A DNA stretch of 43,286 nucleotides, taken from contig CAZGRI010000002.1 in NCBI GenBank assembly GCA_964528205.1, positions 6,912 to 50,197 on the forward strand. Reading direction: 5' to 3'. The first letter of the stretch is position 1; each line of letters begins with the position of its first letter. The notes under the pieces are model-generated. The model searched no databases. It was given only the letters and a program-made list of their open reading frames with translations, and was not told the origin of the DNA. A program made the position numbers and the translations under genes. Positions 1 through 8,689 of the stretch are shown here, piece after piece. Source of the stretch: an uncultured Dehalococcoidia bacterium. Its GTDB lineage: Bacteria; Chloroflexota; Dehalococcoidia; Lucifugimonadales; CAZGRI01.

Positions 1-612
1 CGCCAGCGTGATGACGCCCATAGTCTTCTGGGCGTCATTGGAGCCGTGGCTAAACGCCACGGCGGCGGCCGTGACCATCTGAAGCTTTCCAAAGATCGCC
101 GAGATCATCGCCGGCGTCACTCTACGTAACGACCAGTAGAGCGCGAGCATAATCCCGAAGCCGGCAGCCACGCCGAGTATGGGCGAGAACGCCAGACCCA
201 GGAGTATCTTCTGTATTCCGGACCCCACCAGGACATCGACGCCCGCCTCGGCGATCCCGGCGCCAGCGACGCCGGCGATGAGGCTGTGACTGCCGCTGAC
301 TGGCATCCCCAGCCGGGTTGCGACGAACACCCAGATCGCCGCGGCGGCCACTCCGCCGGCCACGGTTAGCAGGGTAATCCCATCGGGGTCGACGACTCCT
401 TTGCCAACGGCCTTAGCCACCGCGGTGCCCGAGACCGCTCCCAGGAAGTTCATGACCCCGGCCATGGCGACCGCCGCGATGGGAGACATGACCCGGGTCG
501 ACACGACCGTTGCTATCGCGTTGGCCGCATCGTTGAAGCCGTTGGCGAAGTCGAAGGTGAGGGCAATGAGGATGATCAGGACCAGAAACAGGAGGGAGGT
601 CTGGTCAATCAT
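1..612 (-). CDS. pitA: Inorganic phosphate transporter, PiT family (5' part; runs off the window start)
   Basis: Manual translation from ATG at 612: MIDQTSLLFLVLIILIALTFDFANGFNDAANAIATVVSTRV..., with the PiT signature G.NDAANAIAT and later GMPVSGSH. Follows a DUF47 gene. Absent from the ORF track because it is truncated. Confidence 0.93.
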   Translation of the reverse strand, partial: MIDQTSLLFLVLIILIALTFDFANGFNDAANAIATVVSTRVMSPIAAVAMAGVMNFLGAVSGTAVAKAVGKGVVDPDGITLLTVAGGVAAAAIWVFVATRLGMPVSGSHSLIAGVAGAGIAEAGVDVLVGSGIQKILLGLAFSPILGVAAGFGIMLALYWSLRRVTPAMISAIFGKLQMVTAAAVAFSHGSNDAQKTMGVITLA

Positions 613-663
613 TCGATCAGGCCAGGGGTGTCAGAGATGCCAGAACGAAACGGAGCGCGGCCA

Positions 664-1323
664 TCAGGAGTTCTTGAGCACGATACCCTCGAGTATGTCG
701 GCCGCGTCCTCCGCACGGTCCGTCGCCTGCTCCAGGTCGTCGTAGATGTCCCGCCATTTGAGGACCTGTATGAGCTCGAAGTTCTCGTTGAACAGCTCAT
801 TCCTGGCCTGGGCGGCGATTCTGTCGGCCTCGTTTTCCAGCCGATTTATCTCGACCGCCATGGGCAGGATTTCCTTTAGCTTGGACCCTCGAGTAGAGAG
901 AAGGGAGACGGCCCGCTCCAGTTCGACCGCGCACTGCACGATGATACGCGACAGCGTCTGGGACTGCTCCGTCGGCCCTTCGATCTTGTATTCCAGTACG
1001 TAGTGTGCGGCTTCGTCGATGGCGTCCACGACATCGTCGAGACTGCCCGCCAGCGCCAGGATGTCCTCGCGGTCGATCGGCGTCACAAACGTCCGGTGGA
1101 GCGAGCGCGTAATGTCGTGGATAATGTCGTCGCCGAAGTCCTCCAGGTCCTTGATCTCCTGGACCTTGGCCTCCACATTCTCGAAGTTCTCCAAGAGGTC
1201 CTGAATCCTGAGCGCCACCTGGTGGATATTGGAGGCACTCTGATGGAGCAGAAAGAAGAACCTGTTCTCCCGGGGAAGGAAGGACATGTTCCTGCCGGGG
1301 AGGAACGAGAGAGATAGCCTCAT
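664..1323 (-). CDS. DUF47 family (PhoU-like) phosphate transport regulator
   Basis: Motifs TFVTPIDREDI, LDDVVD, RLENEAD, LEQATDRAED; directly upstream of pit. GGAG lies ahead of ATG 1323; alternative start at 1287. Confidence 0.92.
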   Translation of the reverse strand: MRLSLSFLPGRNMSFLPRENRFFFLLHQSASNIHQVALRIQDLLENFENVEAKVQEIKDLEDFGDDIIHDITRSLHRTFVTPIDREDILALAGSLDDVVDAIDEAAHYVLEYKIEGPTEQSQTLSRIIVQCAVELERAVSLLSTRGSKLKEILPMAVEINRLENEADRIAAQARNELFNENFELIQVLKWRDIYDDLEQATDRAEDAADILEGIVLKNS

Positions 1324-1563
1324 TCTTCATCTCCGTTTACGGGTCCAAGTGCGGAACACTGTGTCGACGTCGGTGGGCCAACGGCCGGTGGGGCGGATAT
1401 CCGCCGTCACAGAACGGACCGGGGCCCGATTCTCCGCGCAATCTTTTTCCCCTGGCGCCGACCCGGCGTCCATTATATATACGGCCGGCTTTCTCGAACA
1501 AGAGCACGCCCGCCTGCATGTGTACTGGCAGAAGGTGCCTCAAAAGCGACGGAGGAGATCGAA

Positions 1564-1592
1564 TTGACTATGGTCGCGCGCGGCCTTATTAT
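1564..1592 (+). promoter_or_regulatory. Sigma70-type promoter for the SRPBCC gene
   Basis: TTGACT (1564-1569), 17 bp, TATTAT (1587-1592). Confidence 0.6.
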
Positions 1593-1647
1593 GGGCACCA
1601 TTCGTATAGGGAGGCTGCGACGGTAGCCCACACAGGAGGTTCTCGAA

Positions 1648-2082
1648 ATGGAGGTTAGAGGATCTATCGATGTCCGGCGTCCTGTTGAAGCGGTCTTCGA
1701 CTACATGGACGACCCGAAGAACAACCTGGAATGGGAGACGGGTGTCGTCGAGATGGAGCTCACGACCGAAGGGCCGGTTGGTGTAGGTTCCAAGGGCCGA
1801 CGGGTGGAGAACTACATGGGTAGGGACGAGGGTGTGTGGGAGGTCACCGCCTACGACAAGAACAGGTCGGTCGCCATCACATTCGACTCCGAGAAGTTCA
1901 CCGGCGATGGCCAGTGGGACATGGAGGCCATCGATGGGGGGACCAGGCTGTCGTACCGTTTCAGCGGCACACCGAAGAATCTTTTCTTCCGGATGCTGAT
2001 GCCCTTTTTCACACTGATGGTGCGTCGGCAAGTCAGAAGGGACTATGAGACGCTGAAGCGGATCCTCGAGTCGCAAGCCTAG
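1648..2082 (+). CDS. SRPBCC (polyketide cyclase/START-like) family protein
   Basis: N-terminal IDVRRPVEAVFDYMDDPKNNLEW, GPVGVGS, C-terminal helix ending LKRILES; RBS AGGAGG. Confidence 0.88.
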   Translation: MEVRGSIDVRRPVEAVFDYMDDPKNNLEWETGVVEMELTTEGPVGVGSKGRRVENYMGRDEGVWEVTAYDKNRSVAITFDSEKFTGDGQWDMEAIDGGTRLSYRFSGTPKNLFFRMLMPFFTLMVRRQVRRDYETLKRILESQA

Positions 2083-2110
2083 CCCGGGGTCCGCGACCGA
2101 GAACAGCCGG

Positions 2111-2977
2111 CTAGCCGGCCATCATCGCTTCCACGACCGCCCGCATCTCGGCGGCGAAGTTCTGGTACGACCGCTGTTGATAGCCCAGGGATCGCTGGGA
2201 ATCGTCGGTATCGTACCAGTCGACCCAGCCCGGCGAGTCCCGATAGACGGCCTCGTCCGCCGGAGCGCCCACGAAATCGTAGAAGTCCCGGACGTAGTCC
2301 CTCCCGGTCAGCTGCCAGCTGGACCCTCCCGCGATGTTGAAGACCCCACCCACCGCGCTCGTCGAGTTGAAAAGGGCCTCCACCACGTCGTCGCGATGGA
2401 CCATCTCGACGCGTTGCTCGGGCGTGAAGGGCCACACCGCCGGGGGTTCGAGAAACGCCGGCACGGCGATGCCCGCTATGCGCAGCGACACGGTCCTCAG
2501 CGACGATGCGCGCACCGACTCCTCGGCTGCGATCTTGCTGTCGGCGTAGACATCGATGGCGCTCTGAACGTGGTCGGTCGAGACCGGAGGGGTTTCGGAG
2601 CTGGTGTCGCCGTAGGTGCTGACCGAGGACGTGAACACTAGCGTTGCGTCGGGGCTCACGGACTCCATTGCGGCGATGATGTTCTCCGTGCCTCCGACGT
2701 TGACGGCGAAGGTGGTGTCGCGGTCCCGCTCGCTGTTGGGCGGAAGCAACGCCGCCAGGTGGACGACAGCGCTCACGCCTCTGATAGCGCTCTCCACCGT
2801 CTCACGGTCGGTTATGTCACCCTTGATCGTTCGGACATCCTCACGGCCGTCGAGGCCCGTGAAGTCCATGAAAGGAAGGTCGAAGACTCGGACCTCGGTA
2901 CCGGCTGCCGCGAACCGCTCGACCAGCCGTCTCCCGACGCTTCCGGCCCCTCCGGTGATGAGGACCGGGCCGGTCAC
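2111..2977 (-). CDS. NAD-dependent epimerase/dehydratase (extended SDR)
   Basis: TGGAGSVG Rossmann motif, VVHLAA, TSSVSTYG, YADSK (YxxxK). The GTG start at 2977 overlaps the upstream TGA (GTGA). Confidence 0.88.
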   Translation of the reverse strand: MTGPVLITGGAGSVGRRLVERFAAAGTEVRVFDLPFMDFTGLDGREDVRTIKGDITDRETVESAIRGVSAVVHLAALLPPNSERDRDTTFAVNVGGTENIIAAMESVSPDATLVFTSSVSTYGDTSSETPPVSTDHVQSAIDVYADSKIAAEESVRASSLRTVSLRIAGIAVPAFLEPPAVWPFTPEQRVEMVHRDDVVEALFNSTSAVGGVFNIAGGSSWQLTGRDYVRDFYDFVGAPADEAVYRDSPGWVDWYDTDDSQRSLGYQQRSYQNFAAEMRAVVEAMMAG

Positions 2978-3303
2978 GTCAGGACGGTCCCCTTCATGCC
3001 GGCCTTTTCGATCAGCGTCTGGGAGCTGGCTATCAGGGTTTCGGTGGCGGGACCGAACGCGGTCCAGTCGCCCTGGTTCCGCAGCTCCAGGAGTGCGGTC
3101 GCATCCCTGAGACACGCCCTGGTAGCAGGCACGCTGGGCATCGTCTTGAAAAAGAAGGTGCCGCTGACCTCGTCGAACTTCGCGACGATCTCCGTGACCG
3201 AGTCCTCCCAGGCCTGGGATGCGCCGGCCTCAGAACCGAGGCCGGCAGCTATCCGCCTGCATGTGGCAACGGCCTCATCGAGCATCTCCTGTCCCGACTG
3301 CAT
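2974..3303 (-). CDS. Hypothetical helical protein (~109 aa), translationally coupled to the epimerase
   Basis: RBS GGAGAGGAG before ATG 3303 (ORF track extends to 3342); stop overlaps the next start; no recognisable motif. Confidence 0.7.
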   Translation of the reverse strand: MQSGQEMLDEAVATCRRIAAGLGSEAGASQAWEDSVTEIVAKFDEVSGTFFFKTMPSVPATRACLRDATALLELRNQGDWTAFGPATETLIASSQTLIEKAGMKGTVLT

Positions 3304-3385
3304 GGTGCTCCTCTCCGGATGTGTTGCCGCCATGACCAGCACCTATTTCTGGCCACGGATCGCGCCGTCGGACTACGCCAGGGGA

Positions 3386-3502
3386 TTCAGAGGCTGTCGT
3401 TCTGAGGAGTAAGGACGACGAAGAACCTGGTGGGGTAGGGGCCTTCGGCGTGGAAGACACTCCCCCCCAGATTCTTCCCTCCACTCAGAATGACAGGCTG
3501 AA
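3386..3502. repeat. REP/MITE-like long inverted repeat
   Basis: Left arm CTGTCGTTCTGAG...GAAGAACCTGG (3394-3430) is complementary to right arm CCAGATTCTTC...CTCAGAATGACAG (3467-3496), with outer TTCAG/CTGAA pairing. Confidence 0.7.
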
Positions 3503-3510
3503 ACATCGGG

Positions 3511-4926
3511 CTAATCGTCGGCAGGCGCCAGCAGATGCTCGTCGACCTCGGCGTGGCCGTTGGTAGAGTGCTCGTAGTGGCGCTTCATGGCCTCCAGGTC
3601 GACCTCATCCTCCCGCGCGTAGCCCTTGCCGTCGTGCCGGTCGTACGGGAACGGCATGAATTTCTCGAACTTCTCCTTGAACCGCTGGCGGCTTGGCCTG
3701 CGGTCGAAGGGGAATCGGAACCTGGCGGGGTCTCCCGGCTCGACCTCGATGAGCTCGTAGTCGCGGCTGCCCAGTCCGTTGGTGTGTCCGGTGTTGATGG
3801 TCGCGACTTCACTCTGGCCGTGCAGGGTGGCCGCGGCGGCCTCGAACTTGGCGTCGCCGGGGTTCGCGGCCTCCATCACCTCGGCCAGCGATCCGGCGAT
3901 GCCGGGCGCATTCCTGGCCGCGTCCACGCAGGCCATGTCTATGGCCACGGGGTCCTTGCTGGCAAAGACTCCCAGATGGGGAACGATGGGTACGTCGGCC
4001 ATCGCTGCACAGTCGCACTTGGGCGACACGTCGATGGCCATGTTGATGTAGCCTACCTTCCCACGCCCCACAGCCTTCTCGACGCCCAGGGCCGCGTCGG
4101 CGATGGCGACGTCGACCGCGTCGAAGTTGATCCCCGGCGGGTCAAGGATGCCTCGTGGACCCAACACTCCAGCGCACCCTAGACAGGTCACGCACTTCTC
4201 ACGCTCCCATTCGATCTGGTCGTCACCGTTGATGTGGTATAGGTCGAACGGGCAGCAGTCTTCCAGGATCTCCCAATCCGGCGTGTTCTCCTTGCCCTTG
4301 AAGGCCTCCGGGTTCCAGCCCGCGGCGGCCCCGAAGCCGTACCTGGGGTGGCCACCCATGTGGACGTTCAGCTTGCCTCGCTTGGACTGCCCGCCTATTC
4401 CCAGGTTCTTCAGGGAGCCGCCGATAACACCCATGGCATGGCCCTTGAAGTGGGTCAGAGCTATCAGGACATCAGCCGCGGCGATGGCCTGGGCTACGTA
4501 CGCCTCTTTCAAGAGATAGCCCTCGGGTATGTCGACGCGGTAGTCGCTGGTGCCGATGAACCCGTCGGCCACGATGAACGGACAGCCCAGCGTCGCGGAT
4601 GTGTAGCCGTTGCGTTCCGCCGTCTGCAGCAGGTCCAGCTCGTTGGTCCGAGCAGCATATGGGCCGTAGGTCTGCGTCGTTGTGTCGCAGACGAAGGGCC
4701 TACCGCCCAGCTCCTTGATCCTATCGGCCAGCGTACGGGCGTACACCGGGCGCAGATATGCCGAGTTGTTCCACTCGCCACAGTGGACCTTGATGGCAAC
4801 CACGTCATTTGGCTTGATCATTTTGTCCAGACCGGCTGCGTCGAACACCGTGATCAGCTTGGCTGGGAGGGCCGTTTCCGGCGTTTCGGAGTGGGCGTCC
4901 ATGTAGTAGACACTAGACTTAGCCAT
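3511..4926 (-). CDS. DUF362 domain iron-sulfur protein
   Basis: VAIKVHCGE, PFIVADG, THFKGH..GGSLKNLGIG, CVTCLGC, SPKCDC, ASKDPVAIDMAC; RBS GGAGGT before ATG 4926. Confidence 0.88.
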   Translation of the reverse strand: MAKSSVYYMDAHSETPETALPAKLITVFDAAGLDKMIKPNDVVAIKVHCGEWNNSAYLRPVYARTLADRIKELGGRPFVCDTTTQTYGPYAARTNELDLLQTAERNGYTSATLGCPFIVADGFIGTSDYRVDIPEGYLLKEAYVAQAIAAADVLIALTHFKGHAMGVIGGSLKNLGIGGQSKRGKLNVHMGGHPRYGFGAAAGWNPEAFKGKENTPDWEILEDCCPFDLYHINGDDQIEWEREKCVTCLGCAGVLGPRGILDPPGINFDAVDVAIADAALGVEKAVGRGKVGYINMAIDVSPKCDCAAMADVPIVPHLGVFASKDPVAIDMACVDAARNAPGIAGSLAEVMEAANPGDAKFEAAAATLHGQSEVATINTGHTNGLGSRDYELIEVEPGDPARFRFPFDRRPSRQRFKEKFEKFMPFPYDRHDGKGYAREDEVDLEAMKRHYEHSTNGHAEVDEHLLAPADD

Positions 4927-5055
4927 TCTTACCTCCATACCTGCATCAGCCCCAGGGATTCGCCCCAAATCGGGTCCTGAACTTGCGTCTTACCGAACGG
5001 TGTCACCGGCGTGCGTCTCCGCGCCTCTACTCCCCGGTGACTTGGGATACAAGTG

Positions 5056-5084
5056 ATGTTATGGCTACTCTCAGCCTTTGTCAA
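5056..5084 (-). promoter_or_regulatory. Sigma70-type promoter for the DUF362 gene
   Basis: Minus strand TTGACA (5084-5079), 17 bp, TAACAT (5061-5056). Confidence 0.6.
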
Positions 5085-5122
5085 TCGTTTGGTATTCACC
5101 CGGTGGTGCTAATGCGGCTTGA

Positions 5123-6856
5123 TCAGAACAGGCCGACCGTCTTGCCCGTCTCGGGGTCGATGTCGACGTCGAAGAAGGCGGGCCTGCTGCCCAGCCCCGG
5201 CATGGTCATCATGCTTCCGCAGATGGGATATAGGAATCCTGCGCCGACGGACGCCCGGACCTCTCTGACCGGCAGCCGGTAGCCGCGCGGCACGCCCTTC
5301 AGGGCCGGGTCGTGGGACAGAGACAGGTGCGTCTTGGCCATGTTTATGTTCAGCTTGCCGTAGCCCAGCTCCGTGTATAGCCTGATTGACCGGTTCGCGC
5401 TCGGCGAGTAGTCGACGCCGCCGGCCCCGAATATCTTGGTGGCTATCGTTTCGATCTTCTCTTTGATGGGTATGTCCTCCGGGTAGAGGAAGTTCATGTC
5501 GTGGGGCAGCTCCACGGCCTTGAGCACCTCGTTGGCCAGGTCTTCGGCGCCCTCGCCTCCCTTGGCCCAGCCCTCCGAGAGGGCTACGCCTGCCGCACCG
5601 GCCTCCAGGGCCTTGGACCGGACCATCTCGACCTCGGCATCGGTGTCGGCATTGAACCTGTTGATGGCGACCACGGCCGGCACACCGAACGTCTTTACGA
5701 TCTCGATGTTGCGGGCCAGGTTGACGCAGCCGGCCTCCAGTGCCGGGAGGTTCTCCGTCTCGGCCGCTTCCTTGACCGACGAATAAGGCCTGCCCGGACG
5801 CAGGTTGAAGGCGCCGCCGTGTTGTTTCAGAGCGCGGACGGTGGCGACTATGACCGCACAGTCGACCTTCATGCCGCTCTGCCGGCACACCACCTCCACG
5901 ATCTTCGCGAAGCCGTTCTCGGCCCCGAAGCCGCTCTCGGTCACGACGTAGTCCGCCAGCTTCAGGGCTATCAGGTCGGCCAGTATCGAGTTGTTGCCAT
6001 GGGCGACGTTGGCGAAAGGGAAGCCGTGGCAGATCATGGGGTGGCCCTCGGTCGACTGAACGAGGTTGGGCTTGATGGCGTCCTTGAGGAGCACGGCCAT
6101 GGCGCCGGCGACGTTCAGGTCGTCCAACGTGACCGGCTTCCGGTCATAGCTGTATCCGACGACGGCCCTGCCAAGCCTGGCCCGCAGGTCGGCGACTCCA
6201 GTTGCCAGCGAGTGTATGGCCGCGGTCTCGGTGGCGACCGTGATGTCGTAGCTGGTGGTCCTCGGGTAGCCGTTGGCCCTGCCCCCGAGACCGACAACCA
6301 CCTGTCTCAGAGCGCGGTTGTTCAAGTCGACGCAGCCCATCCACGTCACGTTAAGTGGATCCAGGTCGTGCTTGTTGCCGTGGAGGATATGCGCGTCCAC
6401 GGCGGCGGCGGCCAGGTTGTGTGCCGTCTCGACGGCGTGGATGTCTCCGGTAAAGTGGAGGTTGATGTTCTCCATGGGCAATGCCTGAGAGTAGCCGCCT
6501 CCCGTGGCCCCTCCCTTGATTCCGAAGGTGGGGCCTTTAGAGGGCTCGCGGAAGGTGTTGATTGTCCGTTTACCGGCCCTGGCCAGCGCCTGCCCGAGCG
6601 CGAACGCGGTCACCGTTTTCCCCTCGCCGAGCGGCGTAGGGGTGATCGCCGTCACCGCTATCAGCTTGCCGTCAGGCCCGTCCTTGAGTCTCTCCAATGT
6701 GTTGACATAGTCGATCTTGGCGACGTTCCGGCCATACATCTCGAGCTCGTCCTCCAGTAGCCCGGCGTCCCGGGCGACGTCCTGGATCGGACGGAGCTCC
6801 GCCTCCTGGGCGATCTCGAGGTCCTCGGGCACAGGCCACCGTACTTGTACCGGCAT
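5123..6856 (-). CDS. fhs: Formate--tetrahydrofolate ligase
   Basis: TAITPTPLGEGKT, GPTFGIKGGATGGGYSQ, NLHFTGDIHA, PFANVAHG, MAKTHLSLS, MTMPGL; RBS AGGAGG. Confidence 0.97.
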   Translation of the reverse strand: MPVQVRWPVPEDLEIAQEAELRPIQDVARDAGLLEDELEMYGRNVAKIDYVNTLERLKDGPDGKLIAVTAITPTPLGEGKTVTAFALGQALARAGKRTINTFREPSKGPTFGIKGGATGGGYSQALPMENINLHFTGDIHAVETAHNLAAAAVDAHILHGNKHDLDPLNVTWMGCVDLNNRALRQVVVGLGGRANGYPRTTSYDITVATETAAIHSLATGVADLRARLGRAVVGYSYDRKPVTLDDLNVAGAMAVLLKDAIKPNLVQSTEGHPMICHGFPFANVAHGNNSILADLIALKLADYVVTESGFGAENGFAKIVEVVCRQSGMKVDCAVIVATVRALKQHGGAFNLRPGRPYSSVKEAAETENLPALEAGCVNLARNIEIVKTFGVPAVVAINRFNADTDAEVEMVRSKALEAGAAGVALSEGWAKGGEGAEDLANEVLKAVELPHDMNFLYPEDIPIKEKIETIATKIFGAGGVDYSPSANRSIRLYTELGYGKLNINMAKTHLSLSHDPALKGVPRGYRLPVREVRASVGAGFLYPICGSMMTMPGLGSRPAFFDVDIDPETGKTVGLF

Positions 6857-6943
6857 CGAACTCTCCTCCTAACTGATTCGGCGACCGAAGGGCCGGTCGC
6901 GATAACGTCGCGGCGAGCGAGGGCCCGCGCCATTCCAATCGGA

Positions 6944-6972
6944 AACTTACGGCTATAGGCCACCCGTGTCAA
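6944..6972 (-). promoter_or_regulatory. Sigma70-type promoter for fhs
   Basis: Minus strand TTGACA (6972-6967), 17 bp, TAAGTT (6949-6944). Confidence 0.6.
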
Positions 6973-7262
6973 GCCTTTTTTCAGATAGCCGGGACAAGTA
7001 GTCTGGTCTGGAGCGCCGAGATCTCTGCTCCGCCATCTTCTCGGATACGCGAGCTGTTTGGAACGACGGGTTTTTTGGCGGCCCAATAAGCATCTCTATG
7101 CCGGCGAGCATACACCGACAGGCCATCCTCAACCCCAAGACTACCATGGTTCGCGGGCGGTCTTGTTGGGAGGGTATGGGCGGTGCGTCGCGTGGAAGCA
7201 GGATCCGGCTTCCACCCTGTCAAGAACTTGGCTTCTTGATGAAGGTGGCGGCTCGTGGAATC

Positions 7263-7796
7263 TCAGATGAGACCGTGCTCACGCAGCCAACGCGCCAACG
7301 AGAATGCCCAGACTGGATAACCGAAGTATAATCCAGCCAGAACGTGCAGAAACATGCCCTTCGGTGACGTTTTGGTGGTCCGGCCTAGATGGCCCGTGAT
7401 GACAAACCAGGCGAGGATTGCCATGAACGCGGCAACCACCATTCCGATCTGCCGGCCGAACGAGAGCACCCCGACCACGAGCAGTATCTGGAGGACAATG
7501 ACGGCAGCCATACCAGCGACTCCGAGCACCAACGCGACCAGGCTCAGGGTCGGCCCACGAGGCTGCAGCAGCCGTTGAAGCGCGAGCACAACGGGCAGCG
7601 CGAGTGTGTACTGCACGATCACGCTGACATCGTTGAGCGTTCCCATCGGTCCGATGAACGTCGTAAAGAAGGCTACTAGGAACCCAATACCGAAAATGCA
7701 GGCAATCCCGCTCGCGTAAGCGCACAATCCGGCCACACGAACAAGCCGGTCCGGTCTGGTCCTGGTTGGGACCGGCGGCTGGCTCCGGTGTGACAC
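7263..7796 (-). CDS. Hypothetical integral membrane protein (about 5 TM)
   Basis: Several long hydrophobic stretches, GTLND motif, C-terminal YPVWAFSLARWL; GTG start uncertain. Confidence 0.7.
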   Translation of the reverse strand: MSHRSQPPVPTRTRPDRLVRVAGLCAYASGIACIFGIGFLVAFFTTFIGPMGTLNDVSVIVQYTLALPVVLALQRLLQPRGPTLSLVALVLGVAGMAAVIVLQILLVVGVLSFGRQIGMVVAAFMAILAWFVITGHLGRTTKTSPKGMFLHVLAGLYFGYPVWAFSLARWLREHGLI

Positions 7797-7888
7797 GGTC
7801 GCGAACCTTCTGAGAATGGCGGTCGCCCCAGTGTGATTTGGACCCTAAGTATTTGAAGCCAGCGGAACGCACTGAGCGACATCGTCCA

Positions 7889-8557
7889 CTACCGGTAATT
7901 GGACTTCGCCGGCTGTACTCCGGCACGGCGGAACATCACCACGCTGATCGCCATCAGCCAGACCCAGAAGAGCAAATACGGAGCGAAGGCTGCTGGACTG
8001 GTCCAGTAGGTCGGGGCTGTAACCAGCCATATACCCACAATCAGACCTGTCCAACCGAGCCATCGAGGGAATGCAGCTAGCCATAGAGATGCGGCGGATA
8101 CCGGTAGGGCGAGGGCACCGAACAAGACCCAGGAAGTGGCGAACGTGAAGTTCCCCAGATCGAAAAGGAGGCGGGCGATCTGAGGGTCAAGCCCTTCGTC
8201 GATCCTGAACACTGCCAGGTACCATGCCCCTCCACCTAGGAGTAGCGCTACGGCCCCCAATCCCGCGCCTACGGCAACAAGTGACAGCCAGCCCGGTTCA
8301 CCCTCTGTCCGACGGAGCGCGCCCCACAGACCGCCCAGGAAACCAAGGAATGCGAGCAGCGAAAGTGCCGATAGATAGCCCCCGATGTTGAAGAGCAAGG
8401 TATTCCTTGATTCGAAGAATTCGACGATCTCCTGTGAGGACGCACCAAAGGACGGCTCTGAACCTCCCACTTGTATGAGGCTCTGCCCGATGAGCTGCAA
8501 AACGACGAACAGTATGCCGCCGGCGGCGCCTACTTGTTCCAGACGGCGAAGTGCCAT
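7889..8557 (-). CDS. DUF4386-like integral membrane protein
   Basis: AAGGILFVVL, P...ASSQEIVEFF, LRRTEG.PGWLS, FPRWLGWTG and LFWVWLMAIS pattern with about 6 TM. Start at 8557 has a GGGGA RBS; the ORF extends to 8629. Confidence 0.7.
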   Translation of the reverse strand: MALRRLEQVGAAGGILFVVLQLIGQSLIQVGGSEPSFGASSQEIVEFFESRNTLLFNIGGYLSALSLLAFLGFLGGLWGALRRTEGEPGWLSLVAVGAGLGAVALLLGGGAWYLAVFRIDEGLDPQIARLLFDLGNFTFATSWVLFGALALPVSAASLWLAAFPRWLGWTGLIVGIWLVTAPTYWTSPAAFAPYLLFWVWLMAISVVMFRRAGVQPAKSNYR

Positions 8558-8689
8558 CGTGATTCCCCTGCGTCCAAGGCTACAACTATGAATCGACATC
8601 GTGGCGGGCTCAGCGTCGGCTGCTTCCATGGCCGTATACAGGCCGTCGTGGCAACCGCCTTCAGGGTGGGGTGGAGGCGCTTCGATTCC

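Noticed and set aside
1271-1323. Duplicated SFLP motif at the DUF47 N-terminus (MRLSLSFLPGRNMSFLPRE)
   Set aside because: Too short to distinguish from chance or a trivial micro-duplication; it only makes the start ambiguous.
5030-5039. CACCGGGGAG on the minus strand near fhs, resembling part of the ZMP/ZTP riboswitch
   Set aside because: The upstream GACTGGCG...GTGG element and the downstream GCC..CCGCCTGGGCA pseudoknot hairpin are absent. The nearby AGAGGCGC is too little for a lysine riboswitch.
5501-6760. Long antisense or alternate-frame ORFs (e.g. 5501..6760, 14607..15674, 24756..25694, 29353..30279, 34272..35321)
   Set aside because: Shadow ORFs of well-supported genes, expected in high-GC DNA; they lack motifs.
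6860-6940. THF or ZTP riboswitch in the fhs leader
   Set aside because: Only short GC hairpins (GCGACCG/CGGTCGC, CGCGA/TCGCG) are present, with no conserved aptamer nucleotides.
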